From assembly GCA_945948625.1 (NCBI GenBank), contig CAMFBT010000001.1, positions 1 through 41,569 of the forward strand: DNA of 41,569 nucleotides. The letters are read 5' to 3'. Positions within the stretch are counted from its first letter, which is position 1, and the number at the start of each line of letters is the position of its first letter. The notes beneath the pieces are model-generated. The model made no database searches, was not told the DNA's origin, and was given only the letters and a program-made list of their open reading frames with translations. The position numbers and the translations under genes were made by a program. Positions 1 to 10,032 of the stretch are shown one piece after another. This DNA is from an uncultured Mycoplasmatota bacterium. Its GTDB lineage: Bacteria; Bacillota_I; Bacilli_A; RF39; UBA660.

Positions 1-1311
1 ACAGAAAGGGATAGTAATGGCAATTATCTAGTGTCATTTGATGGAGGTGGACTTATTGCATTAGTAGTAGGAGTAGTTGTATTATATACTGTAATCATTT
101 TCACTATTCAAGTTGGAGTAAGATTGGTACAATTGGCATATTTGCAAATAATAGCACCAATACCAATAATAATGTATGTGACACCTAAAGGTGATGAATA
201 TTTAAAAAAATGGGGAACACAATGCTTAACTACATTCTTAGATTTCTTCCTTAGAACTGCAATAATATATTTTGCAATTGCAATTATTCAAAATATAATT
301 GAATCAGGAACTATAGGAAAAATATTAACTGGTGAATTGGACAACACTAGTGGATGGCAAACTGCCTATATTTTCGTAATTATGGTCATTGCAGTTTTGG
401 TTTTTGCAAAGAAAGTTCCTGCACTACTTAAAGAAATATTCCCATCACTTGGTGGTGCTGCAGGATTTGATTATGGTTTGAGTTTTAAGAAACAAGTTGT
501 TGAGCCATTAAAAACTGCATATAATTCACCTTTGGGATGGTTACCTAAACTAGCAAAAAAAGGAGTATTGGGTACAGTTTCTACAATTGATAGAAAAGTA
601 AATAATTTACCAAAACCAAGGAGTCCACTTCAACAAAAATTGGATAAACTTACACCTGGTCGTGCTGAAGTAATAAAAAATAGAGCAGAGCAAGAAGATA
701 GAAGAAATCTATATGAAGAAGGAAGACAAATTTATGATAGATATGGTGGAGAAATTAAATACGAAGATGGTGAAAATAAAGGAAAATTAAAACCAAAAGT
801 TTTTGCAAATGAAGCATTTATAAAAACATGGCAAGAAGTTGCAGATGCTAAAGCTCTACAGAAAAAATATGATGCTGAACTTACTCAAGCTCAAGCAAGA
901 TTAAATAGAGGTGAAATAACAATTGAGAGTCAGGAATGGAAAGATGCCGTTGGAAATGCAAAAGCTGCAAGTGGTCGTTTAGATGCAGCAAAGAAAGATC
1001 ATGAAAATAATAGAAAGATATATTCTAAAGATGCTAGAATTGAAGATGCATTTAATTACTATCATGATATGCAATTTGGAGAAAGTACAGATGCAAACCA
1101 ACAAGATATAGGTAGTGAAAGAACTGCAGGTATACAAAACAATAGCATAATTACTGAAGAACACGTTCAATCACATCCAAGACAAGACTCAACTTCTACT
1201 TCACCACAAGATGAATATTCAAGATTAGTAAGTCAATATAATGGTGAAACAGATCCATCGAAGAAAGCAGAATTAAGAAGACAAATTGAAGAGTTCGAAA
1301 GAAGACATTAA
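1..1311 (+). CDS. VirB6/TrbL-like polytopic T4SS membrane protein, 5' end outside the window
   Basis: The frame is open from nt 1, with no stop before the listed GTG at 31. It has several hydrophobic helices (GGLIALVVGVVVLYTVIIFTI, LQIIAPIPIIMYV, FFLRTAIIYFAIAII, AYIFVIMVIAVLVFA) followed by a long Lys/Glu/Gln-rich tail. It is the first gene of a PrgI-VirB4-hydrolase-T4CP string. Confidence 0.6.
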   Translation, partial: TERDSNGNYLVSFDGGGLIALVVGVVVLYTVIIFTIQVGVRLVQLAYLQIIAPIPIIMYVTPKGDEYLKKWGTQCLTTFLDFFLRTAIIYFAIAIIQNIIESGTIGKILTGELDNTSGWQTAYIFVIMVIAVLVFAKKVPALLKEIFPSLGGAAGFDYGLSFKKQVVEPLKTAYNSPLGWLPKLAKKGVLGTVSTIDRKVNNLPKPRSPLQQKLDKLTPGRAEVIKNRAEQEDRRNLYEEGRQIYDRYGGEIKYEDGENKGKLKPKVFANEAFIKTWQEVADAKALQKKYDAELTQAQARLNRGEITIESQEWKDAVGNAKAASGRLDAAKKDHENNRKIYSKDARIEDAFNYYHDMQFGESTDANQQDIGSERTAGIQNNSIITEEHVQSHPRQDSTSTSPQDEYSRLVSQYNGETDPSKKAELRRQIEEFERRH

Positions 1312-1332
1312 TAAAAAGGAGTGTGATACATA

Positions 1333-1662
1333 GTGAATGGTTATTTAGTACCCGCTAATGCAAAAAGAGGTACATTAATATTTAATATGTTTAGACCAAT
1401 AGACCTAATAATGTTTGGTACTGGTGCAGGATTGTCACTATTACTACTAGTAATAGTGCAGTCCGATGAAACACTATTAATTCTATTATCCTGCTTACCA
1501 GTAGGAATAACAGGATTATTAGTAGTACCAATACCAAATTACCATAATGTATTATGTGCAATTCAGAGTGTATTAAGGTTCTATAAAGAAAGAAGAAATT
1601 ATATATGGAAAGGTTGGTGTTTTTATGAACAACTTGCAATCGACGACAAAGATAAAAAATAA
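1333..1662 (+). CDS. PrgI/VirB3-like small T4SS membrane protein
   Basis: 109 aa with a GTG start about 11 nt after AAGGAG. The N-terminus (YLVPANAKRGTLIFNMFRPIDLIMFG) is followed by two hydrophobic helices. The gene lies immediately upstream of VirB4. Confidence 0.5.
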   Translation: MNGYLVPANAKRGTLIFNMFRPIDLIMFGTGAGLSLLLLVIVQSDETLLILLSCLPVGITGLLVVPIPNYHNVLCAIQSVLRFYKERRNYIWKGWCFYEQLAIDDKDKK

Positions 1663-2191
1663 TTCTAAATATACTGAAGATTGGATACCAATTAGAAATA
1701 TATCTAATGGTATGATTATATTAAATAATAAGAAAAAAGTAACTGGAGTTAAGATAAGACCTAGAAATATTTTTATTCTAGATCAAGGTAGTCAAGATAG
1801 TACATTAATAGCATTAAAAAACTTTTATAATATGATAGATTTTGAATTTTGGTTAATATCAGCAGATCGTCCAGTAGATTTAAATAATTACTTAGCAAGA
1901 TTACAACTATTGTATAATCAAACTTCTAATCCAGCAGTTAGAAAATTAATAAATCAAGATATAGATAAAGCAAATGATTTTACAAATAATAATATTACTG
2001 ATACTGAATATTATATTTTGTTTAAAGAAAAAAATGATGATCTAATTCAAAAAAGACTTAGAACATTAATAACTGGACTAGCTAGTGCTGGACTAGAGGC
2101 TACACAAGTATCAAATGATGATTTAAGAGTAATATTAGATAATTTCTTAAATAGTGGTATGACTACTAATTTTGGGACGGTGATTGCATAA
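1625..2191 (+). CDS. VirB4-type ATPase, N-terminal domain fragment (split gene)
   Basis: 188 aa. EDWIPIRNISNGMIILNNKKKVTGVKIRPRNIFIL and FEFWLISADRPVDLNNYL resemble the N-terminal domain of Gram-positive VirB4/TrsE/PrgJ ATPases. The ORF ends in an ATAATG overlap with the next ORF. Confidence 0.6.
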   Translation: MNNLQSTTKIKNNSKYTEDWIPIRNISNGMIILNNKKKVTGVKIRPRNIFILDQGSQDSTLIALKNFYNMIDFEFWLISADRPVDLNNYLARLQLLYNQTSNPAVRKLINQDIDKANDFTNNNITDTEYYILFKEKNDDLIQKRLRTLITGLASAGLEATQVSNDDLRVILDNFLNSGMTTNFGTVIA

Positions 2192-3975
2192 TGAAGTTAA
2201 AAAGTGAATTAGCTCCTAAAGGATTACAATTCAATCCTTCAGACTTTATAATAAGTGATAAATATGCAACAATACTTACAGTAATATCATATCCAAGATT
2301 TATTGGTCCTGGTTATCTATCTAATTTAACAAATATGTCAGGTGTAAAATTAGTAATAAAGCACATTCCAGTACCATTTTCAGTACTTGCTAAAATGTTA
2401 AATAAAGAAATATCTGATTTAAAAAGTAGATATCAACAAGAAAAAGATAGAACAATTCAAGAAAGAATAAGACAAGATGTAGATTCATTAGAATATTTCA
2501 TTCAACAATTTACAGCATCTCAAGCTAAAACTTTTGATTTTCAAATGCACATAATGGTAACAGCAAATACTAGAGAAGAATTAGAAATGAAAAAGGTAAG
2601 TCTTAAGAATTATATGGATGCAATGGAATTAAGAGCAGTACCATTAAGATTTGAACAAGAAAGAGTCTTAAAATCAATATTACCAATATTTGAAAAACAA
2701 CCAATTGAAGATAGAATAGGGACACCAATGCCTTCACCAACAATGGCCGCTATGTATCCATTTATTTTTGATAGTATTAAAGATGATGGATTATCAACAT
2801 TATTGGGAGTAGATTTTTCTGGAGGTGTTGTATTATTTAATCAATTCTTATATCAATTAAAAAAAGAAAGTAACAGAAATAACGCTAACATGATTATTTT
2901 AGGTACTTCTGGAAGTGGAAAATCAACAGCCGCTAAGTTAATACTTCGTAGTCACATCAGAAATGGTTACCAAATAGTAGCAGTAGATCCAGAAGGTGAA
3001 ATAAGTGAAATGACTAGAATGTATGGAGGCGATGTTATTGATTTAGGAAAAGGTGGAGAATATGGTATGGTAAATCCACTTGAAGTAATAATGGATGCTG
3101 ATGAAACAGAAATAAGAAATGGTTTAGGATATACAGTATTAAATAAGACATTACAATCATTAAAAGCATTTATGAAATATTATTCACCGGATATAGAAGA
3201 AGATGTACTAGCACTATTTAGTGGAGTAGTACAAGATACTTATGCAAGATTTGGAATAACTTTTACATCTGATTTTTCAAAGTTTACTTCAAAAGACTAT
3301 CCAATATTTAGTGATGTTTATGTTACAGTAACAAGTAAATTAACATCAATGACTGAAAAAACACACGAAAGAGATGTAATGGAAAGATTGGAATTAAAAC
3401 TAAGACCATTAGTAAGAGAATTACAATATTATTTTAATGGACATACATCAATAAATACAGATAGTTCTTTCCTAGTTTTTAACATAAAAGAACTTATGAA
3501 TTCTGATGCAAATATTAGAAATGCTTTATTATTCAATGTACTTAAGTTTGCTTGGGGATTATGTTTAAATCCAAATGTAAATACAGTTTTATCAGTAGAT
3601 GAGGCTCATGTGTTATTAGGAGCTAAAAATGAACTTGGAGCAGAATTTTTAGCACAAATGCAAAGAAGAGCAAGAAAATATAATACAGGAACAATAATCA
3701 TTACACAGCAACCATCAGATTTTGTAGCGGATGGTATCTTAATGCATGGAAAAGCAATATTTGATAATTCTTCTTATTACTTAGTAATGGGATTAAAAAA
3801 ACAAGCAGTTGAAGATTTATCAATGTTAATAGATTTAAATGATAATGAAAAAGAATCAATAAAAAGATTTAGTCAAGGTGAAGCCTTATTTGTATGTGGA
3901 AATAGAAGAATGCAAATAAATATAATAGTAACCGAAGACGAATTAGAGTCATTTGGCTCAGGTGGTGGTTTATAA
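2191..3975 (+). CDS. VirB4-type conjugal transfer ATPase, core and C-terminal part
   Basis: Walker A is ILGTSGSGKST and Walker B is LSVDEAH. APKGLQFNPSDFIISDKYATILTVISYPRFI is typical of the VirB4 linker region. The two ORFs together total 782 aa, about the length of a full VirB4. Confidence 0.85.
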   Translation: MKLKSELAPKGLQFNPSDFIISDKYATILTVISYPRFIGPGYLSNLTNMSGVKLVIKHIPVPFSVLAKMLNKEISDLKSRYQQEKDRTIQERIRQDVDSLEYFIQQFTASQAKTFDFQMHIMVTANTREELEMKKVSLKNYMDAMELRAVPLRFEQERVLKSILPIFEKQPIEDRIGTPMPSPTMAAMYPFIFDSIKDDGLSTLLGVDFSGGVVLFNQFLYQLKKESNRNNANMIILGTSGSGKSTAAKLILRSHIRNGYQIVAVDPEGEISEMTRMYGGDVIDLGKGGEYGMVNPLEVIMDADETEIRNGLGYTVLNKTLQSLKAFMKYYSPDIEEDVLALFSGVVQDTYARFGITFTSDFSKFTSKDYPIFSDVYVTVTSKLTSMTEKTHERDVMERLELKLRPLVRELQYYFNGHTSINTDSSFLVFNIKELMNSDANIRNALLFNVLKFAWGLCLNPNVNTVLSVDEAHVLLGAKNELGAEFLAQMQRRARKYNTGTIIITQQPSDFVADGILMHGKAIFDNSSYYLVMGLKKQAVEDLSMLIDLNDNEKESIKRFSQGEALFVCGNRRMQINIIVTEDELESFGSGGGL

Positions 3976-3999
3976 TCACTGTTAGGTGGTGAAAGTATT

Positions 4000-5202
4000 A
4001 TGAATGAAGAAGAAACAAATAACAGTAAAGCAAAAAAAACATGGAAAAAGTTACCATTAAAAGTAAAATTAACAATCATAGGAATCTGTATTGGTTTCTT
4101 TTTCATCGTAATATTTATAGTTGTAATGATAGCTCCACTTATGAGTATTGGAGTAATAGATATAGGGTTGGGAGGACCAACTGGAGATTTTTATCTAAAT
4201 TATTCTGATATAAATTCGTCAAATACTTATTGGTGGCCAATAGGTAGTAGTGAAACAGAATCCATTGATGGAATAACATTAGCAGCAGGAGATCCTGTTC
4301 CTACTACAATCACATCTGAGTTTGGTCCAAGAAAAGATCCATTTACTGGAAAAGATAAAGAACACAGTGGAATAGATATAGCTGCAAAAGATGGATCTTT
4401 AGGAACAATAAATATAATTGCAGCAAAAGGAGGAACAGTAATTTATCCATCAGAAAGCGATAATATAAATTGTTCATCAAGTGTAAACGATGAATCATGT
4501 GGAGGTGGTTATGGTAATTATGTAATGATAGAGCATAATGATGGAACAATAACACTATATGCACACCTATATGAGAACTCAATTACTGTAAGAGAAGGGG
4601 ATACAGTAATGCAAGGACAAGTTATTGGTAAAATGGGTAGCAGTGGTCGTTCAGATGGTTCTCACTTACACTTTGAAGTAAGAGTAAATGGTGATCCAGT
4701 AAATGGATTAAATTATGTATCACAAGAAAATCCAAGACCAATATCTATAGAAGAAAATGTAGTTGAAGGAAATTCTAATAAACAAACAGTATGTTTAACA
4801 CTATCTAATAGTAACTATTCTCAAAATGGAGTAATAGCACTAATGACAAATATAAATGCAGAAAGTTCATTTAATCCGAATTCAAATGGTGATTATGATA
4901 ATGGGGTAGCAACTAGTTATGGACTATGTCAGTGGCATAATGAAAGATGGGATAATTTAAAAAATACATATCCAGGTACATATAATACAATTGGAGGACA
5001 ATTAAGTTTTCTAACATATGAATTAAAAAATGGTTATAGTTCATTATATAATGATTTAATAAGTGGAAGCCTATCAGCAGAAGAATTAACATACAATTTT
5101 TGTAAAGATTTTGAAAAGCCTGATAAAACAGAAATTACATGTCAAGATAGAAAAAATAGTACAAGTAATTTTTCAAATTATGTAAAAAATGGATGTAATT
5201 AA
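4000..5202 (+). CDS. T4SS-associated cell-wall hydrolase: N-terminal TM helix, M23 metallopeptidase domain and lysozyme-like (phage tail lysozyme type) domain
   Basis: M23 motifs are present: HSGIDIAA, GNYVMIEHNDGTITLYAHL and GSSGRSDGSHLHFEV. The C-terminal ALMTNINAESSFNPNS...YGLCQWHNERW matches the pattern of lysozyme-like domains found in conjugation hydrolases. Confidence 0.8.
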   Translation: MNEEETNNSKAKKTWKKLPLKVKLTIIGICIGFFFIVIFIVVMIAPLMSIGVIDIGLGGPTGDFYLNYSDINSSNTYWWPIGSSETESIDGITLAAGDPVPTTITSEFGPRKDPFTGKDKEHSGIDIAAKDGSLGTINIIAAKGGTVIYPSESDNINCSSSVNDESCGGGYGNYVMIEHNDGTITLYAHLYENSITVREGDTVMQGQVIGKMGSSGRSDGSHLHFEVRVNGDPVNGLNYVSQENPRPISIEENVVEGNSNKQTVCLTLSNSNYSQNGVIALMTNINAESSFNPNSNGDYDNGVATSYGLCQWHNERWDNLKNTYPGTYNTIGGQLSFLTYELKNGYSSLYNDLISGSLSAEELTYNFCKDFEKPDKTEITCQDRKNSTSNFSNYVKNGCN

Positions 5203-5212
5203 GGGAGAAAAT

Positions 5213-6076
5213 ATGAAAAAAGATGATATAAGAACATTTATTACAATAATAATAATTTGTACTTTGATAGTGGGAATAGTATTAATATTAAATAGAAAAA
5301 GTAATAGTGAAAAATTAGAAGTAGTAAATGAATATAATACATTCTTTACAACTAGTAACTATGTTAATAATTATTTAAATTATTCATCTGATAGTAGTAA
5401 ATTGTATGATTTATTATATAGTGACTATATAGATAAAAATAATATAACTGTAGATAATATTCTAACTAATATAAAAAGTTATCCTAAAAACTCAACAATA
5501 AAAGTTACTGAGATGAAATATGTCAAAGTAAAAAAAGATTATATTTATTATATAAAAGGAAAAATATATCAAAATACATTTGATGGAAAAGAGTTAATAG
5601 ATGATAATTTCAATGTAGTAGCAGTATTAGATTTTGATACATTATCATATGCTATATATCCCATAGAAGATGATAATTATAAAGAAGTAATAGATAAAAT
5701 AAAAAAGATAGAAATAGAAAATAATAAATATAATAGTATAAAAAAATCAGAATTAATTACAAAAGAACAAATATGTGTAATCTATTTATCAGACTATATA
5801 GATAAAATTTATAATGATATAGATTTGTCTTATAAAATATTAAGTAAAAGTATGAAAGAAAAGTATACTACACTAGAAGAATATAAAAATTATATAAATA
5901 ATAATATAGATAAAATAACAACTGAAGCTGACAAATGTTCATTAGAAAAAATAAATAATAATAGATTATATACAGTAATAGACAAAAATAAGAATAAATA
6001 TATATTTAATGAAGAAAGTATCATGAATTATGAAGTAGATTTCTATTTATATGATAATAATACAGAAAATAAATAA
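5213..6076 (+). CDS. Membrane-anchored T4SS accessory protein of unknown function (VirB8/TcpC-like candidate by position only)
   Basis: Start moved to the ATG at 5213, which follows the RBS GGGAG by 6 nt. It has a single N-terminal TM helix (FITIIIICTLIVGIVLIL). It lies between the hydrolase and the coupling protein. No diagnostic motif was recognised. Confidence 0.5.
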   Translation: MKKDDIRTFITIIIICTLIVGIVLILNRKSNSEKLEVVNEYNTFFTTSNYVNNYLNYSSDSSKLYDLLYSDYIDKNNITVDNILTNIKSYPKNSTIKVTEMKYVKVKKDYIYYIKGKIYQNTFDGKELIDDNFNVVAVLDFDTLSYAIYPIEDDNYKEVIDKIKKIEIENNKYNSIKKSELITKEQICVIYLSDYIDKIYNDIDLSYKILSKSMKEKYTTLEEYKNYINNNIDKITTEADKCSLEKINNNRLYTVIDKNKNKYIFNEESIMNYEVDFYLYDNNTENK

Positions 6077-6120
6077 CCTTAAAATAGTTATTTATTTTTC
6101 TTTATTAAAAATAAAAAGCA

Positions 6121-6149
6121 TTTACAATTCAAACTATTAATGCTATAAT
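6121..6149 (+). promoter_or_regulatory. Sigma-A type promoter for the coupling-protein gene
   Basis: TTTACA, a 17-nt spacer, then TATAAT with an extended -10 TG (tgcTATAAT). It lies 31 nt upstream of the ATG at 6180, and the RBS GGAGG sits between them. Confidence 0.55.
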
Positions 6150-6179
6150 AATGTTAGATTTTTTGGAGGACGATTAAAT

Positions 6180-8303
6180 ATGAAAATTAAGGTAGAAAAG
6201 AAAGATTTAATCATATTCATAGCCTTTTGCATATTTTTATTATATTTATGTGCAATAGGTGTTTTAAATGCTTCAAGTATAGTTTCTGAAGGTAAATTTT
6301 ATGGCTTTTTACCATTTAGAGCATTTACACCTAAATATATAGGAATGACCTTTTTTCTATTTTTAGCAGCATTAATAGGAATTTTTATGGCTGTTAAATC
6401 CTATATTTTTGACCATGAAAAAGGTTTTGGATTTTCAGTTGGTGGAAAGAAAGAAAAAGGATATTCAAAATGGTCTACAGATAAAGAGTTTAAAAATGGA
6501 TTAGAAGTAGTAAATATACAAGATGAAAAAACAGAAGCAGCAGGAATACCATTATATAGTAAAAAAGGAAAAATGTGGGTTGATAATGGAGAAGATCATT
6601 ATTTAGTAATGGGTGCTACTGGTTCAGGAAAAACAGTAATAGTGGCAAAACCTATGATAAAGTTACTAGCTAAACATAATGAATCAATGATTCTAACAGA
6701 TCCCAAAGGCGAATTATATGAAGAAACAGCAGAATTATTAAAAGCAGAAGGATATAATATAATAACATTGAATTTTAGAGATCCACAACATGGTAATGCA
6801 TGGAATCCAATGAGCTTACCATATCAACTTTATAAAGAAGGAAACCAAGATAAAGCTATAGAATTATTAGATGACTTGGCACTAAATATATTATATGAAG
6901 AAAAAAATAGTGGTGATCCATTCTGGGAAAAAACAGCAGCAGATTATTTTACAGGGTTAGCACTAGGTTTATTTGAAGATGCAACTCCAGAACAAGTAAA
7001 CTTAAATAGTTTAAATTTAATGAGTAGTTTAGGAGAAGAAAGATTTGGAGGACCAAATAATAATTATATAAAAGAATATTTTAATGGAAAAGATCCATCA
7101 AAGCCTGCATACATTAATGCCTCTGGTACTGTATTTACAGCAGATGAAACAAAGCAAGGAATTATAGCGACATTTAAACAAAAAATAAAGTTATTCTCAT
7201 CAAGAGATAATCTATCAGAAATGCTATCTTATAGTGATTTTGATATGAGAAATATTGGAAGAAATAAAACAGCAGTCTTTCTAATAGTACAAGATGAGAA
7301 AAAAACATTGCATCCTCTTGCTACGATTTTTATTAAGCAATGTTATGAAACACTTATTGATGTTGCCCAAGAAAGTGGTGGAAAATTACCATATAGAACA
7401 AACTTTATACTAGATGAATTTGCTAATATGCCACCTTTAAAAGATGTAACAACAATGGTAACAGCAGCCAGAAGTAGATTAATAAGATTTACATTCATTA
7501 TTCAGAACTTTGCCCAACTTACCCAAGTATATGGTAAAGAAAATGGAGAAACTATTCGTGGTAACTGTAATTTAGTATATTTGATAAGTAGTGAAATAGC
7601 GGCACTTGAAGAAATAAGTAAAATGTGTGGAGAAGTAAAATCAAAAGAAAAAGAAAAGACAGCTTCAACACCACTTGTTACAGTAAGTGATTTACAAAGA
7701 CTAAGTAAATTTGAAATAATAGTAATAAGAAGAAGAATGTTTCCTTATAAAACAAGATTTCAAACTGATTTTGAAGTAGACTGGGGAAGAACTTACCCAA
7801 AAGCAGTACCTCCAGTAAGACAAAAGAAAGAAGTACAATTATTTGATATAAGAGAATATGTTAAAGCAAAGAAAAAAGAAAAAATGGAAGCAATGGCAGG
7901 AATGTCAACTGAAGGCCCAATGGGTAGTCCATTTGGAGGAGTAAATCCATTTATGCAAATGAATAATCCATTTGGAGGAGGATTACCACCATTTTTGAAA
8001 GATGATAATGAAACAAATGATAATGATAGCGGTAGTTTCAATATTGATGATTTAGTTAGAAAAATAGATGCTAAAATAGCGGAAATTGAAAAGGAAGAAA
8101 AAGAAACACAAGAACTACATGAGCACAAAAACATTCCATTTGAAGAATTAATTTCAAATAGTGATGAAGAACAAGAAAAATCAAAAGTTATTGATGTTAA
8201 TGTTGAAGAAAAACCAAAAGAAGTACAAGAATCACTTGCAAATATGTATGAAGATAATACAAATGATGATGACTTCTTTGATGATTTCTTTAGTGATGAT
8301 TAA
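6180..8303 (+). CDS. Type IV coupling protein (VirD4/TraG family)
   Basis: Two N-terminal TM helices, Walker A MGATGSGKT, Walker B ILDEFANMPP, and a long acidic C-terminal tail ending DDDFFDDFFSDD. Confidence 0.85.
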   Translation: MKIKVEKKDLIIFIAFCIFLLYLCAIGVLNASSIVSEGKFYGFLPFRAFTPKYIGMTFFLFLAALIGIFMAVKSYIFDHEKGFGFSVGGKKEKGYSKWSTDKEFKNGLEVVNIQDEKTEAAGIPLYSKKGKMWVDNGEDHYLVMGATGSGKTVIVAKPMIKLLAKHNESMILTDPKGELYEETAELLKAEGYNIITLNFRDPQHGNAWNPMSLPYQLYKEGNQDKAIELLDDLALNILYEEKNSGDPFWEKTAADYFTGLALGLFEDATPEQVNLNSLNLMSSLGEERFGGPNNNYIKEYFNGKDPSKPAYINASGTVFTADETKQGIIATFKQKIKLFSSRDNLSEMLSYSDFDMRNIGRNKTAVFLIVQDEKKTLHPLATIFIKQCYETLIDVAQESGGKLPYRTNFILDEFANMPPLKDVTTMVTAARSRLIRFTFIIQNFAQLTQVYGKENGETIRGNCNLVYLISSEIAALEEISKMCGEVKSKEKEKTASTPLVTVSDLQRLSKFEIIVIRRRMFPYKTRFQTDFEVDWGRTYPKAVPPVRQKKEVQLFDIREYVKAKKKEKMEAMAGMSTEGPMGSPFGGVNPFMQMNNPFGGGLPPFLKDDNETNDNDSGSFNIDDLVRKIDAKIAEIEKEEKETQELHEHKNIPFEELISNSDEEQEKSKVIDVNVEEKPKEVQESLANMYEDNTNDDDFFDDFFSDD

Positions 8304-8328
8304 AAGGGATAAAATACCCTTTTTTCTT
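8302..8328 (+). terminator. Rho-independent terminator after the coupling-protein gene
   Basis: The AAAAGGG (8302-8308) and CCCTTTT (8317-8323) stem has an 8-nt loop and is followed by a T run. Confidence 0.65.
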
Positions 8329-8352
8329 TACTCACAAAAGATTAAAAACTTC

Positions 8353-8381
8353 TTGACAACAAGAAAAATCTAAGATACAAT
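8353..8381 (+). promoter_or_regulatory. Sigma-A type promoter for rny
   Basis: TTGACA (8353-8358), a 17-nt spacer, then TACAAT (8376-8381). Confidence 0.55.
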
Positions 8382-8446
8382 TAATTTGTATAGTTTAAAT
8401 TAATAATTTTTTCTATAAATATATAATTAAGAATGGAGGTGTTCAT

Positions 8447-10000
8447 ATGAATGAAACAGTTTTCTCCATTTTACTATTTGTTCTTGGATTAATCTTAGGA
8501 TTAGTTAGCATATTAATAATAAACTTTTTAAAGAAAAAAAATGAAACAAAAGAAGCAGATTCAATAATAGAGAAGGCAAAGAAAGATGCTGATAAATTAA
8601 AAAGAGATTCTTTGTTTGAAGCAAAAGAAGAAATACATAAATTGAAAATAGAAGCAGATAAAGAAATAAAAGAAAAAAAAGGTGAAATAAAAGATCAAGA
8701 AGAAAGATTACTTCAAAGAGAAAATAATATAGATCGCCGTGATTTAGCAATGCAAAACAGAGAAACATCATTAGAAGAAAGAGAAAATAATTTATTAGAA
8801 AAACAACAAAAAATTCAAGAAGCAAAAGAAGAAATGGAAGCAATAAAGAAAAAGGAACTTGAGGAATTAGAAAAAATAAGTAAATATACAAAAGAGCAAG
8901 CAAGAGATGCTATTATGAAAATAGTTGAAGACAAAATGACTAAGGAAATAGCAACATATATTAAAGAAAGAGAAGCAGAGGCAAAACTAGAAGTAGATGA
9001 AAAAAGTAAAGAGTTACTAGTAGGTGCAATGCAGAAATATTCAGCAGATATAACAAGTGAACAAACAGTAACAGTAATTACTCTTCCAAACGATGAAATG
9101 AAGGGAAGATTAATTGGTAGAGAAGGAAGAAATATTAGAACAATAGAATCAGTAACAGGAGTTGATCTAATAATAGATGATACTCCAGAAGCTATTGTAA
9201 TATCTAGTTTTGATCCATTAAGAAGAGAAATAGCAAGGCTTACATTAGAAACATTAATAAAGGATGGAAGAATTCACCCTGCTAGAATAGAAGAATTATA
9301 TTCAAAAACTTGTGCCGATGTAAGGACTGCAATTAAAGAATATGGAAAAAATGCACTATATGAGTTAGGATTATCAAAGATGGATCCAGAACTTGTTGAA
9401 ATAGTTGGAAAATTACATTTTAGAAGCAGTTATGGACAAAATGCTCTAAAACATTCAATGGAAGTTGCAAACCTATCAGGAATATTAGCAGGAGAATTAG
9501 GCGAAAATGTAAACCTAGCTAAAAGAGCAGGCTTATTACATGATATTGGAAAGGCAATAGACTTTGAAATGGAAGGAAGCCATGTAAAGATAGGAATGGA
9601 TTTAGCTAAAAAATATGGTGAAGATGAAGTAGTAATAAATGCTATAGCATCCCATCATGGAGATGTAGCACCAACTAGTATTATTTCTACAATTGTTGCA
9701 ATAGCGGATTCTATATCAGCATCCCGTCCAGGAGCGAGAAATGATTCATCAGAAAATTATGTACAAAGATTAGAAGAATTAGAAGAAATAGGAAATAAAG
9801 TAGAAGGAGTAGAAAAAGCTTATGCTGTTCAAGCAGGCAGAGAACTTCGTGTAATGGTAAAACCAGAAGATGTAGATGATCTAACAGCTCATCAAATAGC
9901 AAGAGAAATAAAAGAAAAAATAGAAAGCAATCTTAAATATCCTGGTACTATTAAAGTTACAGTAATAAGAGAAACAAGGTGGACAGAAGAGGCTAAATAG
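8447..10000 (+). CDS. rny: Ribonuclease Y
   Basis: N-terminal TM helix, a long Lys/Glu coiled coil, a KH domain ([24 protein letters not shown]) and an HD domain ([17 protein letters not shown]). The RBS is GGAGGTG. Confidence 0.95.
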   Translation: MNETVFSILLFVLGLILGLVSILIINFLKKKNETKEADSIIEKAKKDADKLKRDSLFEAKEEIHKLKIEADKEIKEKKGEIKDQEERLLQRENNIDRRDLAMQNRETSLEERENNLLEKQQKIQEAKEEMEAIKKKELEELEKISKYTKEQARDAIMKIVEDKMTKEIATYIKEREAEAKLEVDEKSKELLVGAMQKYSADITSEQTVTVITLPNDEMKGRLIGREGRNIRTIESVTGVDLIIDDTPEAIVISSFDPLRREIARLTLETLIKDGRIHPARIEELYSKTCADVRTAIKEYGKNALYELGLSKMDPELVEIVGKLHFRSSYGQNALKHSMEVANLSGILAGELGENVNLAKRAGLLHDIGKAIDFEMEGSHVKIGMDLAKKYGEDEVVINAIASHHGDVAPTSIISTIVAIADSISASRPGARNDSSENYVQRLEELEEIGNKVEGVEKAYAVQAGRELRVMVKPEDVDDLTAHQIAREIKEKIESNLKYPGTIKVTVIRETRWTEEAK

Positions 10001-10032
10001 TCTTTTCTGTTTTTGGTAAGGAGTGTATTGAT

